A stretch of DNA of 53,178 nt, taken from the NCBI GenBank assembly GCA_903898645.1, contig CAIUGE010000111.1, positions 1 through 53,178 on the forward strand, read 5' to 3'. Below, one piece after another: positions 18,184 through 28,775 of this stretch. Source of the DNA: Oligoflexia bacterium (GTDB taxonomy: Bacteria > Bdellovibrionota > UBA1018). The notes below the pieces were generated by a model. It worked only from the letters and a program-made list of their open reading frames with translations. It did not search any database and had not been told where the DNA came from. The first letter of the stretch is position 1, and every line of letters begins with the position of its first letter. A program made the position numbers and the translations under genes.

Positions 18184-18675
18184 CTATGCTAGCACTGTGC
18201 GTCGAATAGCACCGGCAGGCAATGGCTGCGGCACCTGTGCGTGATGCGGATGCTCAGCACCTGCAAAAATCTTCAGTTTCTTCATCTGGTGGCGCGCTAA
18301 GCTTGACTTATTGGTCATGCCCCAAACTGCACGGCGCAAAATTTCTTCTGGATGCCGATCTCGCATCTCACGCGCAGTCTTTGTCTTCAACCCGCCAACA
18401 TACCCACTATAATCGCGATACAATTTAGTATCCCACTTATTTCGTGTCAAAACAACCTTGTCGGCATTCAGAACGATAACAAAATCACCCGAATCCGCAT
18501 GACGTGTAAACGTAGGCTTATGTTTACCAACTATCACTCGTGCAATCACTGTCGCAATTCGCCCAACGACCTGATCTGCTGCGTCGACCACGTACCACTT
18601 TGGCGCATTTGGGCCACTGATCTCAAAAAAATGAGGTCCAAAATGTTTTCCCTGATAACTCTTTTGCTGAAACAT
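18184..18675 (-). CDS. rplM: 50S ribosomal protein L13
   Basis: WYVVDA..VVGRIA, GKHKPTFT, DSGDFVIVLNA, YSGYVGGLK, HPHHAQ. Confidence 0.97.
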   Translation of the reverse strand: MFQQKSYQGKHFGPHFFEISGPNAPKWYVVDAADQVVGRIATVIARVIVGKHKPTFTRHADSGDFVIVLNADKVVLTRNKWDTKLYRDYSGYVGGLKTKTAREMRDRHPEEILRRAVWGMTNKSSLARHQMKKLKIFAGAEHPHHAQVPQPLPAGAIRRTVLA

Positions 18676-18719
18676 CTCCCCTATCTATCTCACCCACAGT
18701 TCGCGTGTCAAGCAAGGAT

Positions 18720-21227
18720 TCACATAGTCCCAAAAGAAAAATGGACAACACTTGGTGATGGGTCAATCGCCAGTATGGCTGGCGTAGGGTTAACCTTAAA
18801 ACCCCAATCCAAGCTGATCGGTCCAACAAGAGTCTGGTAATGGAAGCCAAAGCCAGTTCCAATAACCAGCTGTCGGGCGAGGGAATACTGATTCACAAGC
18901 AGGTTACCAGCATCTATAAAAACACCAAATCGAAGCGACCCGATAAAGGGAACATCACACTGAAGTCGATAGTTCACAAAAGCCAAGGAACCTGTGATCT
19001 TCGTATTTTGCATATTATAAGACTGCTCATTATAGCCACGAAGCGTTTCTACCCCCCCAAGAACAAACTGTTTAATAGTCGGGATGGGTGCAGCCAACTG
19101 CGCTCGAGATAGAAACAGATCTGTAAATGTTTGCTCAAATCCCGAACGTGCACTCAGGTAGAGGGTTGCACCTGCAGGCAACGGCAGATAGAAATCATGA
19201 CGAAGCTGCACACGGTAATAATTCAGTGGCGAGTTCGCCGCCCCATCAGCAGATGACCCGATAGAACCTAAGATCGATGGCGTCACGTCTAATGATAATG
19301 TTGATGAAAACCCTGAATTGGGCACAAGCGAATTGTCGCGCATATCAAGCACAAGCTTGGGCGTCAATGTCGACAAGGTGAACTGACCGTTATTCGAGCC
19401 ACGAACAGCAGCGAACTGGTCAATACGCTCTAAAGTATACCCAAGATACCCCATCAAATGCGACCGTAATGGCGCACTAAGAACAACGTTCCCATTCAAT
19501 GATCCAACTGAGAAATTCAGATACTGCGTTTTTGCATAGGTAATCATTGGCCGCAAAGTCACATCATGAGCTAGGAAGTTTTTCCAAACATAGAGGAACT
19601 GCGCCTGACCTTCAGAAAAATGATAATTATAAAAGCGCCGATTCATACTCACATTGAGAGCAGCCAAATGATCTCGGCCCCATAAATTTGCATAGGAGAG
19701 CTGCCCAAAAGTCCGGATACCAAGATCATTTCGGTACCCAGGCCCCCAAGAAACAATACCTCGATCACCCTCGGTAAGCCGCACAATCAATTTTCTCCCC
19801 TGTGCTCCATCTGGCTCAAGCTGTATATTCACTGAGGAAAAAAAGCCCATCCGTCTTAGTTGATTTTCTGACTCCTGGATTAAAAACTCCCGCACTGTAT
19901 CGCCCGGCTTAAGCTTGATCTCAGCACGAACAATTTCTTCATGGGTATGCTCTAAACCAATGATCTGAATCCCTGTTAACTTCATCTCCTGACCTTCATT
20001 GACACGAATCTGAACAAAAGCTTGCCGATTGTCTGATTCATAGCGAATCAGCCCAAAACGTCCTTCGCCTTCAATGGCAGCATCCAAGAACCCCTTGTCC
20101 CGATAGAACTTCTTCAAACTCTCAAGCCCTTCAGTGAAGGCCGCAAGATTGAGCGGCGCCCCTTTTTCAAGCCCCAGCACCTTGGCACAATCCGGCACTA
20201 CGGAGAAGCCAGTAAATTCCATACCGGCGACACGCGTCTGTGTCCCTTCATAGAGAAAAATACTGAGGGTAACTTGTAGATCCTTTACCTCAGGCGTCAT
20301 TGCAACCAGACGTACCGATAGGTAGCCCTGAGATCTGATCTTCTCGACTAAAAGGTCAGTTGTAGCTCGTGCATCTTTTTCACTATAAATGCCATTTTGC
20401 AGAAGCCGTGACGCATAGGAAAACCATTGCTCCCGAAGCTCCTTTTCATTGAGTGCAACCATGCCATGAAAACTGACACGCACAAGAGACGCCTGCTTAC
20501 CTTCTGTTATAATAAAGATGACAGATCGCGATGACTCTCGCTCTCTTGTTCGTAATGTGACCTTTGCTGAGATATAACCCTTACGCGCATACTCATCTTC
20601 AATGCGTCGAGCAATACGGCGCTCATACCCACCCCCTAAGCCAAGATGCTGCTCCTCCCCGACGATATCATTGAGCTCACCTGCTGTGAAAAGCCGATTA
20701 CCACGAAAACCAAAATAAACACGATCACCTAAGGTCACAAGAACATCAAGCGTCACAAGACGTGAAGCATCAGCGCGCTTAGCAGACACCGGCTTGAGCA
20801 CAACAGACTCAACACGTGCTGTCACAAAATGTTGTTTAACCAGAGCCTCCTCGAGCCTTTTTTTTGCCTCTACAAGGGCATCTTGATCGAGCAAATCTCC
20901 TTCACGAATGCCATAGATAGAGGCAAGCGATGCATCATGAACATTACAGCTCAGGATGCGCACAGGAAGCCCTTCATGCACAACGAAATGCACGCTATTC
21001 TTACCCCCTTGACGCACAAGCCGAGTCTCAATACGAGCATTCTCATAACCACGTCGTTGCAGAAGCACACTCATGTTCTCTTCTGTTTCAACAATTTTTT
21101 GGTGCGCCAACTCATCGCCTGTATGAATTTTGAGAGCGCTCTCAAGACCCCGAGAACCCTCAATCTCCACATGGTCAATACGAACATTCTCAGCGCAAGC
21201 GAGTAGACTGAGGAACAGAAAAATCAT
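18720..21227 (-). CDS. Omp85 family (BamA/TamA-like) outer-membrane protein with multiple POTRA domains
   Basis: Repeated POTRA patterns (GY..A.V...EG); barrel motifs FVLGG.ETLRGY, FIDAGN, GFGFHY.T.VGPISLD, C-terminal HFSFG. Confidence 0.88.
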   Translation of the reverse strand: MIFLFLSLLACAENVRIDHVEIEGSRGLESALKIHTGDELAHQKIVETEENMSVLLQRRGYENARIETRLVRQGGKNSVHFVVHEGLPVRILSCNVHDASLASIYGIREGDLLDQDALVEAKKRLEEALVKQHFVTARVESVVLKPVSAKRADASRLVTLDVLVTLGDRVYFGFRGNRLFTAGELNDIVGEEQHLGLGGGYERRIARRIEDEYARKGYISAKVTLRTRERESSRSVIFIITEGKQASLVRVSFHGMVALNEKELREQWFSYASRLLQNGIYSEKDARATTDLLVEKIRSQGYLSVRLVAMTPEVKDLQVTLSIFLYEGTQTRVAGMEFTGFSVVPDCAKVLGLEKGAPLNLAAFTEGLESLKKFYRDKGFLDAAIEGEGRFGLIRYESDNRQAFVQIRVNEGQEMKLTGIQIIGLEHTHEEIVRAEIKLKPGDTVREFLIQESENQLRRMGFFSSVNIQLEPDGAQGRKLIVRLTEGDRGIVSWGPGYRNDLGIRTFGQLSYANLWGRDHLAALNVSMNRRFYNYHFSEGQAQFLYVWKNFLAHDVTLRPMITYAKTQYLNFSVGSLNGNVVLSAPLRSHLMGYLGYTLERIDQFAAVRGSNNGQFTLSTLTPKLVLDMRDNSLVPNSGFSSTLSLDVTPSILGSIGSSADGAANSPLNYYRVQLRHDFYLPLPAGATLYLSARSGFEQTFTDLFLSRAQLAAPIPTIKQFVLGGVETLRGYNEQSYNMQNTKITGSLAFVNYRLQCDVPFIGSLRFGVFIDAGNLLVNQYSLARQLVIGTGFGFHYQTLVGPISLDWGFKVNPTPAILAIDPSPSVVHFSFGTM

Positions 21228-24200
21228 CGAAACCTCGTCTGGAACTTGAGATCAAAACCATAACTTGATGTTGGCGATTGTGCCTGGCCAGTATCGGTTT
21301 GTGTCGAGGCACCATAATTTGTCAGCACGCCCGACAGAGAAAGGTCAGGCCGCACCCGATAATCCATACTGAACTGCCGTGCCTGACTCGATCCTGCAAC
21401 AGCACTACCAGCAGCGACACTTATCTGATCATTCACGTTCCGACGAATCATAATCTGCGTCCCAGATGATGACGATTGAAGCTGCGAACCAAATGCACTA
21501 ACCCCTTGTTGAGGATTGAGCGTTTGATTGACCGTCAATTGAAAACCTGTTTTTTCTTCAAGCTCACGATTAAAATCCAAAGAATGAAGCACCAAGGAGG
21601 CAGCCTCACTCATTTGTCCAGCTGCAAGATCAGTTGCACTCAGACGCTTCGCATCATTTGGCGTCACACCTACAGCTAAGAGCGACAGAATTTCAACTTC
21701 CGTCATAGGCGGCGTTGAGTTCAGTTCTACCTTCATGCGATCAGGACGGCCACTTGCAAAAAGATGAATTTTGGTGTTTGCCACATCGGTCCCAGCATCG
21801 AAAAAAAATCGAGGATTTGCTATATGAGGAGAATCAAAGAAAATGCTCGCCGATTGCAGTCGAAAACTATGTTGCTTGAAAAAAAGTGCACCATGCACCA
21901 ATTCAGCATGCCCAAAAAATGTAGGCGACTCCAAGGTCCCTCCAAGCGAAAATTTTCCCTTAAAAAGAGTATCCCGAAATACATCATTATCAATACGCAC
22001 ACCCTCCGGCGCATCAACACCAATCTGAAGCTTGAGGCTTGATGCAAATGACTGCACAGTCTCACGCGCTAAAGGCGCATACTCACTACCTTTTTGCTGC
22101 ACTTTGGGTGCACTTTGCCCAACAAGCATTTTTTCTCTCATTAGACCGTCATCGATACGCAAAGAACCGCTGACCTGAGTGTCTTCCAAAACCAGATGGC
22201 CACTAGTCTTTAAGTACTGGAACGGAGAAAGCCGCAAGCGCGTATCATACAGATCACCTTCTGCATGGAGTTTTGATGCTGAGAGCTCGCCTCGCACGAG
22301 CACAGTACCCGAGGCAAGATCTGACTGAAAGCGCTCAAGACGCATATGACCATCTTTGACATTTATATGACCCTCGCCATGCTCAAAGGTATTATCAAGC
22401 CCATCCACCCGAAAGGCCACATGCCGCAAGTCCATAGTACCATGCACATCTGGCATCTGATTTGGGTAACTCGCAAATTGCAAATTTACGCCCACAATAC
22501 CTTGTGCTTGGTGCAATTTTGGGGTCAAAAATTCCAACATCCCTGCATCAAAAGAACCCCCAAGCTTTCCGGTCAACACTGCCTGAGATGGCATGAGCGT
22601 CATATCAAGCTGCAATGTTTCAGCATGATTTGTAAATATTAGAGGGATATGCAAATCGCCCTCCTGGACAAAAACAGATTTTGGCTCTCGTAAAGCAAAA
22701 ATCATTGATTCAAACCCAACACGAAAATCACTCACTCCAATACTTGATGAACGCCGCGAAAGATCACAGTGACCTGTCAACGTCGCCACCCCCCCTGTCA
22801 CAAAGTTGGGATTAAGAAGCAGAAAAAGGGGTGAAAAATCAAATTCCTGGAATTTTGCTTGTAAGCGGTCTGTGAGAGCATACGCGCCTAAAGCATGATG
22901 CAACACAAGAGATGCCTGATCAAAAAGATGTGCCTCAACATCCACTATTCGCCCTCGTGTTTGCACCTCAACACTTGAAGCAGAAAGCTCCTTAGCGTGC
23001 ACCCGAAGCGCCCCTATATCCATCCGACTTGATGACGTAATATCAACTCCGCGCCCCTGCCCAGAAGTATGGACAGACAGTGACCCAAGGATGGGCAAAT
23101 CCTGACGCATAAACGCATCAAATTCTTCAACACCAAGATGAGGCGCATCAAATTTCCATTTCCAAAAATCCTTCTTATAGACAAGCGAACCCTCAATAAC
23201 CCCCTGGCGCTTCCGTGCATAGAGATGATCAAGCGCGTACAGCCCATCTTCATAGCGAGCATCAAGCGCAACCTGGGCAAAAGATTCCCCAAAAAAACGC
23301 GCATGATCGAGTTCTAAAGAGGTAAGGATGCGCATCTTTTCAATAGAGCCTCCAACTGTAATAGTTCCTGCAGCGTCACCTGTCATCGCTTCCAGTGCCC
23401 GGATAAAAACGTTCCCCTCCAAAGGCTCGAGCAAAGGTCGAACAACGCGTAGGAGAGAAGTGACAGGCTCATGACTCACAGCAAGATCAATGTGCATGGC
23501 TTGACGAGAAGACCCAAACTGCAAAAATCCTTCTCCTCGAACAAACTGCCCCCGATCATTTGAAAGACGCAACTGAGAAAGCCCAAGCCGATGTCTTGCA
23601 TTGTCCCACACAATTTGGCCTTGGAAACGGCCCAAATCCAGGTGCACATAGGATGCATCCAAAAGCTTTGTGTCAATTGTGATCTTCGGCCAATGAACAA
23701 CCACTTTTAAAGGTCCATCACCTGTAATCGGAACACCTGCTAAGCGACCAAGCTCCTGTGCCGAGATAGTACCAACAGCCCTGATATTCGATGGCAATCG
23801 ACCTTGCACATCAAGTTGCGTTTTTCCAAGACTCAGATGCGCCTTGAGATCAAGGCGCCCATTAAGATGCGCATCCAATGTTATTTTTGGAACCTCAAAA
23901 AGTGCATCACCAGAGTCTTCCAATGATTTGAGCTGCACAAGAGCAGGCATAGACATGTGATCAAAGCGGAACTTTTCACAATCCCCATGAAAATCAACCT
24001 CTTGCATCTTTCCCTGACTGACAAGGACACGCGCCTTTCCCGTCATACGAAAATCAAGCGGATAGATTGAGTCATCAACAGGTCGTGCCAAAGTATGGAG
24101 ATGCACATGCTCAAGCAAAGCTGTGACATCAAGGTCAGAGCCAAGCTTCCACACAAAAGGCTGAAGTTGAATCAGTCCGCCCCGACCAACTTGCCCACCA

Positions 24201-25126
24201 CGCTCTATATTTTCTGACTGCACGGTACACGCAGCTACACGTAAGGTCTTATCCTTAAATGACCAGGAAGCCTCAGCATCCAACTGATCTGCATCCCAAA
24301 CATCATAAAAAACTTGATCAGCATGCATTTTCCCAACAATACTCCCAGCCGTCAGAGCATCCTTGATACTGGGCGCATCAAAAGATGCCTCAAGATGCAT
24401 ATTTGCACCAACAAAGGGGAGTCCAATCTTTGTAAGTGCCGCCTGCTCCATGGCATACGTATTGATAAATGCATCTAGCTTACCTGCAACTGCAAAGTTT
24501 TTTTGCATGATCTGCATATCAGCTACAATAAGAGCACCCGGCATTTCGGCCTTAAGTTCACGCACATCACAACGCTCCTTGTCACATAAGGCATCCAGAC
24601 GAACATGATTGACATGGATATTCTGACTTTCAAAATTCTTTACGTCAGCCAAAACACTGAGGCCATCTCTCCTTTTTTCGACATGAAGCACGACATTCGC
24701 ACGGTACGTGACATCACCATACGAAACTGTCGTCGTGATATCCCTCAGGCCCACCTCAAGAACAGGAACACCCCCTTGTCCCGCAGGCGATGGGTCTTTG
24801 ATCTTGAGAGCAACAGTACCTTCATGCAAGAAAAGTGATTTAGGAACAAGTTTTCCAGCCAAAAGATCAAAGAAGTAGAAAAAAATATCGAGCCGCTTGA
24901 GTGAGACCTGTGACCCAGGCTGCAAAGCTCCAATGGCTTTAAGAATATGAACACGGGGTTCGTGGAGCGCGACACCTAGGGGCGCAAACCGCAAGTGGAT
25001 AGAAGCAAAATCGACCTCAAGCCCCTGCTGGGAAAGCTTTTTTACCACATAGGGCTTCCAAAGTGATGTCCCCATCTCTGATAGGCCCCAAAAAAATACC
25101 ACAAAAAGCACCAAAAACTTTTTCAT
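21224..25126 (-). CDS. tamB: TamB/AsmA-like translocation and assembly module protein
   Basis: 1300 aa with N-terminal anchor and beta-rich repeats; DUF490-like C-terminus (GGTLESP, NPRF, LNSTPPMTEVEILSLL, FDLKFQTRF); coupled to the Omp85 gene. Confidence 0.85.
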   Translation of the reverse strand: MKKFLVLFVVFFWGLSEMGTSLWKPYVVKKLSQQGLEVDFASIHLRFAPLGVALHEPRVHILKAIGALQPGSQVSLKRLDIFFYFFDLLAGKLVPKSLFLHEGTVALKIKDPSPAGQGGVPVLEVGLRDITTTVSYGDVTYRANVVLHVEKRRDGLSVLADVKNFESQNIHVNHVRLDALCDKERCDVRELKAEMPGALIVADMQIMQKNFAVAGKLDAFINTYAMEQAALTKIGLPFVGANMHLEASFDAPSIKDALTAGSIVGKMHADQVFYDVWDADQLDAEASWSFKDKTLRVAACTVQSENIERGGQVGRGGLIQLQPFVWKLGSDLDVTALLEHVHLHTLARPVDDSIYPLDFRMTGKARVLVSQGKMQEVDFHGDCEKFRFDHMSMPALVQLKSLEDSGDALFEVPKITLDAHLNGRLDLKAHLSLGKTQLDVQGRLPSNIRAVGTISAQELGRLAGVPITGDGPLKVVVHWPKITIDTKLLDASYVHLDLGRFQGQIVWDNARHRLGLSQLRLSNDRGQFVRGEGFLQFGSSRQAMHIDLAVSHEPVTSLLRVVRPLLEPLEGNVFIRALEAMTGDAAGTITVGGSIEKMRILTSLELDHARFFGESFAQVALDARYEDGLYALDHLYARKRQGVIEGSLVYKKDFWKWKFDAPHLGVEEFDAFMRQDLPILGSLSVHTSGQGRGVDITSSSRMDIGALRVHAKELSASSVEVQTRGRIVDVEAHLFDQASLVLHHALGAYALTDRLQAKFQEFDFSPLFLLLNPNFVTGGVATLTGHCDLSRRSSSIGVSDFRVGFESMIFALREPKSVFVQEGDLHIPLIFTNHAETLQLDMTLMPSQAVLTGKLGGSFDAGMLEFLTPKLHQAQGIVGVNLQFASYPNQMPDVHGTMDLRHVAFRVDGLDNTFEHGEGHINVKDGHMRLERFQSDLASGTVLVRGELSASKLHAEGDLYDTRLRLSPFQYLKTSGHLVLEDTQVSGSLRIDDGLMREKMLVGQSAPKVQQKGSEYAPLARETVQSFASSLKLQIGVDAPEGVRIDNDVFRDTLFKGKFSLGGTLESPTFFGHAELVHGALFFKQHSFRLQSASIFFDSPHIANPRFFFDAGTDVANTKIHLFASGRPDRMKVELNSTPPMTEVEILSLLAVGVTPNDAKRLSATDLAAGQMSEAASLVLHSLDFNRELEEKTGFQLTVNQTLNPQQGVSAFGSQLQSSSSGTQIMIRRNVNDQISVAAGSAVAGSSQARQFSMDYRVRPDLSLSGVLTNYGASTQTDTGQAQSPTSSYGFDLKFQTRFR

Positions 25127-25827
25127 TCCTGAAGCCGCTCATGCACATCACGGTGATTTTGTGCAGCCTTACGTACACGCTCATAGTACTGACGCGCACT
25201 ACCCGCGTTACCGATCAACTCACACGCACGACCCATCCAGTAATGGAGATCAACTTTCTCTACTTCTGGAATATCAGCATCCCCAAGCAGTGTCTGAAGC
25301 AGCACGATAACAGCATATGGGTCATTTTCAGCTACAAGGAGTTGCGCCAGAACACTTGAAACCTCAAGCATCAGCATACTTTCACCATGAAAACGCTTTG
25401 CCATATGCTCAAGCAGCGCACGGGCCACCTGCGGCTCCTCCATCTGTACAAAACCTATTGAGAGATCCATCCAGGTACGGAAAGAGCAGCCAGCAAGAGC
25501 GCGAAATACATCCTGAACCAACTCATGGTGATCGGTCTGGGCAAAAATACCAAGACGGAGCTCTGCGTCAAGTCGCCGCATCAGCTCATCTGAATTAATG
25601 ACCTGATCAAGCTTTTGCTCACGATCTGAAATCTCAGCTAGCAGAGCTCGGACTTCATCGCGAAGACTGGTTGACAGGAGCTTCCGCAAGATTTTTTTTG
25701 CATCTTGTAGAAACCCCTCCTGAACTAAAATTTTTGCATCATAAAAATCTGACGATTGGGTATTCTTATCAGCTGCCAGCAGATCATCACCAAGATCAAT
25801 TTGCGTTGCATCTTCACCCATACTCAC
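25123..25827 (-). CDS. TPR protein resembling the SgmX C-terminal region
   Basis: DLSIGFVQME and LHYWMGRACE..G....ARQYYERV......RDVHERL TPR motifs; lies between accC and tamB. Confidence 0.6.
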   Translation of the reverse strand: MSMGEDATQIDLGDDLLAADKNTQSSDFYDAKILVQEGFLQDAKKILRKLLSTSLRDEVRALLAEISDREQKLDQVINSDELMRRLDAELRLGIFAQTDHHELVQDVFRALAGCSFRTWMDLSIGFVQMEEPQVARALLEHMAKRFHGESMLMLEVSSVLAQLLVAENDPYAVIVLLQTLLGDADIPEVEKVDLHYWMGRACELIGNAGSARQYYERVRKAAQNHRDVHERLQE

Positions 25828-25848
25828 ATCCTTAAAAAAATGAATACC

Positions 25849-27204
25849 CTACACAAATGTCTCCAAGAAATGTGTATCATAATCGCCTGATAAAAACCGC
25901 TTACTCAGCATCACACGCTTATGGAAAGCGATATTTGTTCGAATACCTTCAACCACAAACTCATCCAAAGCCTGCTGCATCTTGGCGATAGCCTCAAGCC
26001 TCGACCCAGCATGCACAATGAGTTTACCGAGCATGGAATCATAGTAGGGCTGAACCCTATACTGATCATAGATAAAAGAATCTACCCTGACACCAAATCC
26101 CCCAGGCACGTGAAGAGCAGTAATAACGCCAGGCGATGGAGCAAAAGTATCAGGATCCTCAGCATTAATGCGACATTCAAGCGCATGAGTTGTAATACAA
26201 ACATCTGACTGCCTGATCGCCAGCTTCTTGCCCGCGGCCATTTTGATCTGCTCTTTGATCAGATCAATGCCTGTAACCATTTCGGTCACTGGATGCTCAA
26301 CTTGAATTCGGGTGTTCATCTCCATAAAGTAGAAATGGTTATCCTGAGTATCCAGCAAAAACTCTACTGTCCCGACATTTTCATACTCTGCCGCTGCACA
26401 AAGCGCCAAAGCAGCCTGTGCCATACTTTTTCGCGTACTATCATCAATAAGGGGACAAGGCGACTCTTCAATCAACTTCTGATGCCTACGCTGAATTGTG
26501 CAATCTCTCTCACCTAAGGTGATGCGATTCCCATAGCGATCGCACAGCACCTGGATCTCAACATGCCGTGGACTCTGGCAGTATTTTTCCACATAAAGTG
26601 CGCCGCTCCCAAAAGCAGCAAGTGCTTCAGATGAAGCCCGATCAAAGGATTGAAGGAGATCTTCTTTTGAACGTATAATATGAATACCCCTCCCACCACC
26701 ACCTGCTGATGCCTTGAGAATGACAGGGTACCCGATCTCAAGAGCCGCTCGCTCTGCTGCTGCACAATCAGGAACTGCCTCAAGCGTCCCAGGCAAAAGT
26801 GGAACATTAGCTGCAAGCGCCATCGCTCGAGCACGTGTCTTCTCACCCATGATAGCAATGTTTTGGACCGACGGACCAATGAATGCTATTTGATACTCAG
26901 CACAGAGTCTCGCAAATTCGGCATTTTCAGACAAAAATCCATACCCAGGATGGATTGCATCAGCATCCGTAATCTCAGCTGCAGACAAGATATTACCAAT
27001 ATGTAAATAACTGCCACGCGACTGCGGCGGTCCAATACAAACTGCTTCGTCAGCAAGCTTGACATGAAGAGAGTGCTCATCTGCTGTTGAGTAGACAGCA
27101 ACAGTTGCAATACCCAACTCCCGGCAAGCACGAATCACTCTAAGAGCAATTTCACCACGATTCGCAATCAAAACCTTGCGAAAAAGCCCTTTTTTAGATT
27201 TCAA
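25849..27204 (-). CDS. accC: Acetyl-CoA carboxylase, biotin carboxylase subunit
   Basis: [51 protein letters not shown]. Start approximate. Confidence 0.97.
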   Translation of the reverse strand: MKSKKGLFRKVLIANRGEIALRVIRACRELGIATVAVYSTADEHSLHVKLADEAVCIGPPQSRGSYLHIGNILSAAEITDADAIHPGYGFLSENAEFARLCAEYQIAFIGPSVQNIAIMGEKTRARAMALAANVPLLPGTLEAVPDCAAAERAALEIGYPVILKASAGGGGRGIHIIRSKEDLLQSFDRASSEALAAFGSGALYVEKYCQSPRHVEIQVLCDRYGNRITLGERDCTIQRRHQKLIEESPCPLIDDSTRKSMAQAALALCAAAEYENVGTVEFLLDTQDNHFYFMEMNTRIQVEHPVTEMVTGIDLIKEQIKMAAGKKLAIRQSDVCITTHALECRINAEDPDTFAPSPGVITALHVPGGFGVRVDSFIYDQYRVQPYYDSMLGKLIVHAGSRLEAIAKMQQALDEFVVEGIRTNIAFHKRVMLSKRFLSGDYDTHFLETFV

Positions 27205-27640
27205 CGACAAAGAGAGACTCTCCGTATTCAATCGGTTGACCATTTTCAGCCAAAACAGCAATCACCGTTCCGCTGATCTCGGATTCAATCTGGTTCATCA
27301 ATTTCATAGCCTCTACAATGCAAAGCGTATCACCAGGCGCTATTTTCTTTCCAATACGTACATAAGGACTCGCATCAGGGGAAGGAGCTGCATAGAAAGT
27401 GCCGACAAAGGGGGATACAATGTGCTTATGATTGCTTGGCGTCTTTTCAACCTGTGGTGCAGCCACATGCAGAACTTCTTTTTGCGGTGCAATGAAGTTC
27501 TGCACAGGCCGTACGCCTGTACGGAGTGCAATCCGCTCCCCTGCCCTCTCCCATTCAAACTCCACGACCTCATGGCGCTCCATAAGCGCCAGGATTTCCT
27601 CAATCCGGGCAAGCTCATTTTTCTTGCTTTTCTTTTTCAC
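27194..27640 (-). CDS. accB: Biotin carboxyl carrier protein
   Basis: [15 protein letters not shown] biotinylation motif. Confidence 0.97.
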   Translation of the reverse strand: MKKKSKKNELARIEEILALMERHEVVEFEWERAGERIALRTGVRPVQNFIAPQKEVLHVAAPQVEKTPSNHKHIVSPFVGTFYAAPSPDASPYVRIGKKIAPGDTLCIVEAMKLMNQIESEISGTVIAVLAENGQPIEYGESLFVVEI

Positions 27641-28197
27641 TTATTTGCCTTTTCAACATAACTAGAATCACGTGTATCGACCTTGACCATGTCATCTTCC
27701 TTGATATGAAAGGGCACCTGAATCGTTGCTCCAGTCTCAAGCACAGCAGGCTTAGACCCCCCAACTGTATCCCCACGGAACGCAGGGTCTGTCTGAGCCA
27801 CCTTCAGCACCACAAAGGTCGGTAACTCAACTCCAATAGGTCGCTCGTTAAAGTACATGACCTTGATTGCCAAATTTTCCTGCAAAAAGTCCTTGCCTGA
27901 ACCTAACTGCTCAGCTGACATGACGACCTGCTCATAACTGGCATTGTTCATAAAATGAAAGCCCTCAGCATCACGGTAAAGGTACTGCATTTCCTTCTCT
28001 TCCGTATTTGCCCGATCGAGCTTATCGCCTGAAGTAATGGTCCGCTCAATCATATTATGATTCATCATGTTCTTCAGCTTGGTCCGAGTAAAGGCCCTGC
28101 CTTTGCCCGGACTCACATGCTGGAAATCAATAATTTCAAAAGGCACACCATCAAGCTCTACTTTTAATCCACGTCGAAACTGGTTCGTTGCATACAT
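27637..28197 (-). CDS. efp: Elongation factor P
   Basis: [14 protein letters not shown]...[24 protein letters not shown]. Confidence 0.97.
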   Translation of the reverse strand: MYATNQFRRGLKVELDGVPFEIIDFQHVSPGKGRAFTRTKLKNMMNHNMIERTITSGDKLDRANTEEKEMQYLYRDAEGFHFMNNASYEQVVMSAEQLGSGKDFLQENLAIKVMYFNERPIGVELPTFVVLKVAQTDPAFRGDTVGGSKPAVLETGATIQVPFHIKEDDMVKVDTRDSSYVEKANK

Positions 28198-28232
28198 AAG
28201 CTCTGAGATCTACCCTGACGCACACGCACTTG

Positions 28233-28754
28233 TCAACGGTGGCGGTACCTCTCTACGTTTATCAGCATATCAAGCAGCTTCTCTAAACGCTCCATGTGGT
28301 TAGTCCGAGGAGGGACCAAAAGAAGAGGGGTGCCCTGGGCATAGCCTTTTTCTTCCATCTCACGCACAATCTCCGCCACATCGACATCCATGGGCGCCAG
28401 ATACAGCACCATCTTATAAGCTAAAAGCGCTTCTGGGATGCGCCCAAGCATCAGGTAAGACTCGGCCAAAAGGCGCTGCGCCACAATGTTTTCAGGGATA
28501 TCTTTAGCAATCATCTCAAGTTCAGACACAACCTCAGCATAACGCTGCAGATCAAAAAGTGCCCGCGTAAGACAGACTCGTGCCGCACTAAAATTCGGGT
28601 AGAGGTGAAGACCTTCCCGGCAGATAGCAATAGCGTCCTCTGGCATACCGGACTTTCTATACAGCTCAGCCAAGGGCGCAAAGATCCGTGACGAAGGGTT
28701 TTCTTGGTACTGCTTGAGATAAACGCCAAGCATGGGATGAAATTGGTCAGTCAT
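28233..28754 (-). CDS. TPR protein downstream of pilQ
   Basis: NPSSRIFAPLAELYRKSG..EDAI.IC.EGL..YP and further TPR repeats. Confidence 0.8.
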   Translation of the reverse strand: MTDQFHPMLGVYLKQYQENPSSRIFAPLAELYRKSGMPEDAIAICREGLHLYPNFSAARVCLTRALFDLQRYAEVVSELEMIAKDIPENIVAQRLLAESYLMLGRIPEALLAYKMVLYLAPMDVDVAEIVREMEEKGYAQGTPLLLVPPRTNHMERLEKLLDMLINVERYRHR

Positions 28755-28775
28755 GCAAAAATCCTCTCTTTACGT

